Made by a program: the position numbers and the translations under genes
DNA from: Camelus ferus
Lineage: Eukaryota
NCBI RefSeq assembly: GCF_009834535.1
Contig: NC_045696.1
Span: 109,184,001-109,248,000 of the forward strand
Reading direction: 5' to 3'
Length of the DNA stretch: 64,000 nt
The notes under the pieces: generated by a model
What the model was told of the DNA's origin: nothing
The model's input: only the letters and a program-made list of their open reading frames with translations
The model's database searches: none
Part shown: piece by piece, positions 63,700-64,000 of the stretch
How the letters are laid out: each line of letters opens with the position of its first letter
Numbering within the stretch: position 1 is the first letter of the stretch

Positions 63700-64000
63700 A
63701 CAGGTTCCCTCTATGTAGAACACTGTTCCCTCATCTTTTGGGCTAACTCCTACTGGCCTTTCAGGTCACTTGGCAGCTTCCCCCAGGAAGCCTTCCTAGA
63801 TCTCCACTCCAATCTGAGCTATTCCTTTGTGTTCCCCAACGTCCTTGGTTGCTTTGCTCTCTCTGGGTGTTTCAGCAACTGTCTCTAGAATCAGAATGTC
63901 AGCTCCTAAAGGACAGGGAATGCCTTGTTTTCACCTCTGTGCCCCCAGAATTTATTTAGCTCAGGGCCTTGCACAGAGCAGAGGTTCAATAAATATTTGT
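63700..64000 (+). mobile_element. L2 3' end
   Basis: ccccaggaagccttccta...agaatgtcagctcctaaaggacaggg...gcacagagcagaggttcaataaatatttgt. Confidence 0.75.

Overview
Mammalian genomic DNA, most likely camelid, judged from four tRNA-derived SINEs of the camelid (Vic-1-like) type and young L1 tails with intact target-site duplications (TSDs). The window holds one protein-coding gene, AMOTL2 (angiomotin-like 2, a Hippo/YAP scaffold), on the + strand. It has a CpG-island promoter, a non-coding exon 1 ending at 9354, nine coding exons (11993-24877) with GT-AG introns, and a 3' UTR ending near 26625. As written, exon 2 carries a net +1 nt frameshift at about 12584-12590 that gives a premature stop at 12655. 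All later exons are intact, so a consensus error is the most likely cause. Other points of interest: an upstream alternative exon (8387-8501) that is out of frame and would form a uORF stopping on the main ATG, a mirtron-like hairpin at the end of intron 2, a NAGNAG acceptor, a perfect HNF1 site, TEAD/AP-1 motif clusters, and a TSD-flanked chimeric L1. The remainder is intergenic sequence rich in L1, L2, MIR, LTR, DNA-transposon and SINE remnants. I found no support for a novel multi-gene system. Repeat family names and human-orthologue comparisons come from memory, not from a database search.
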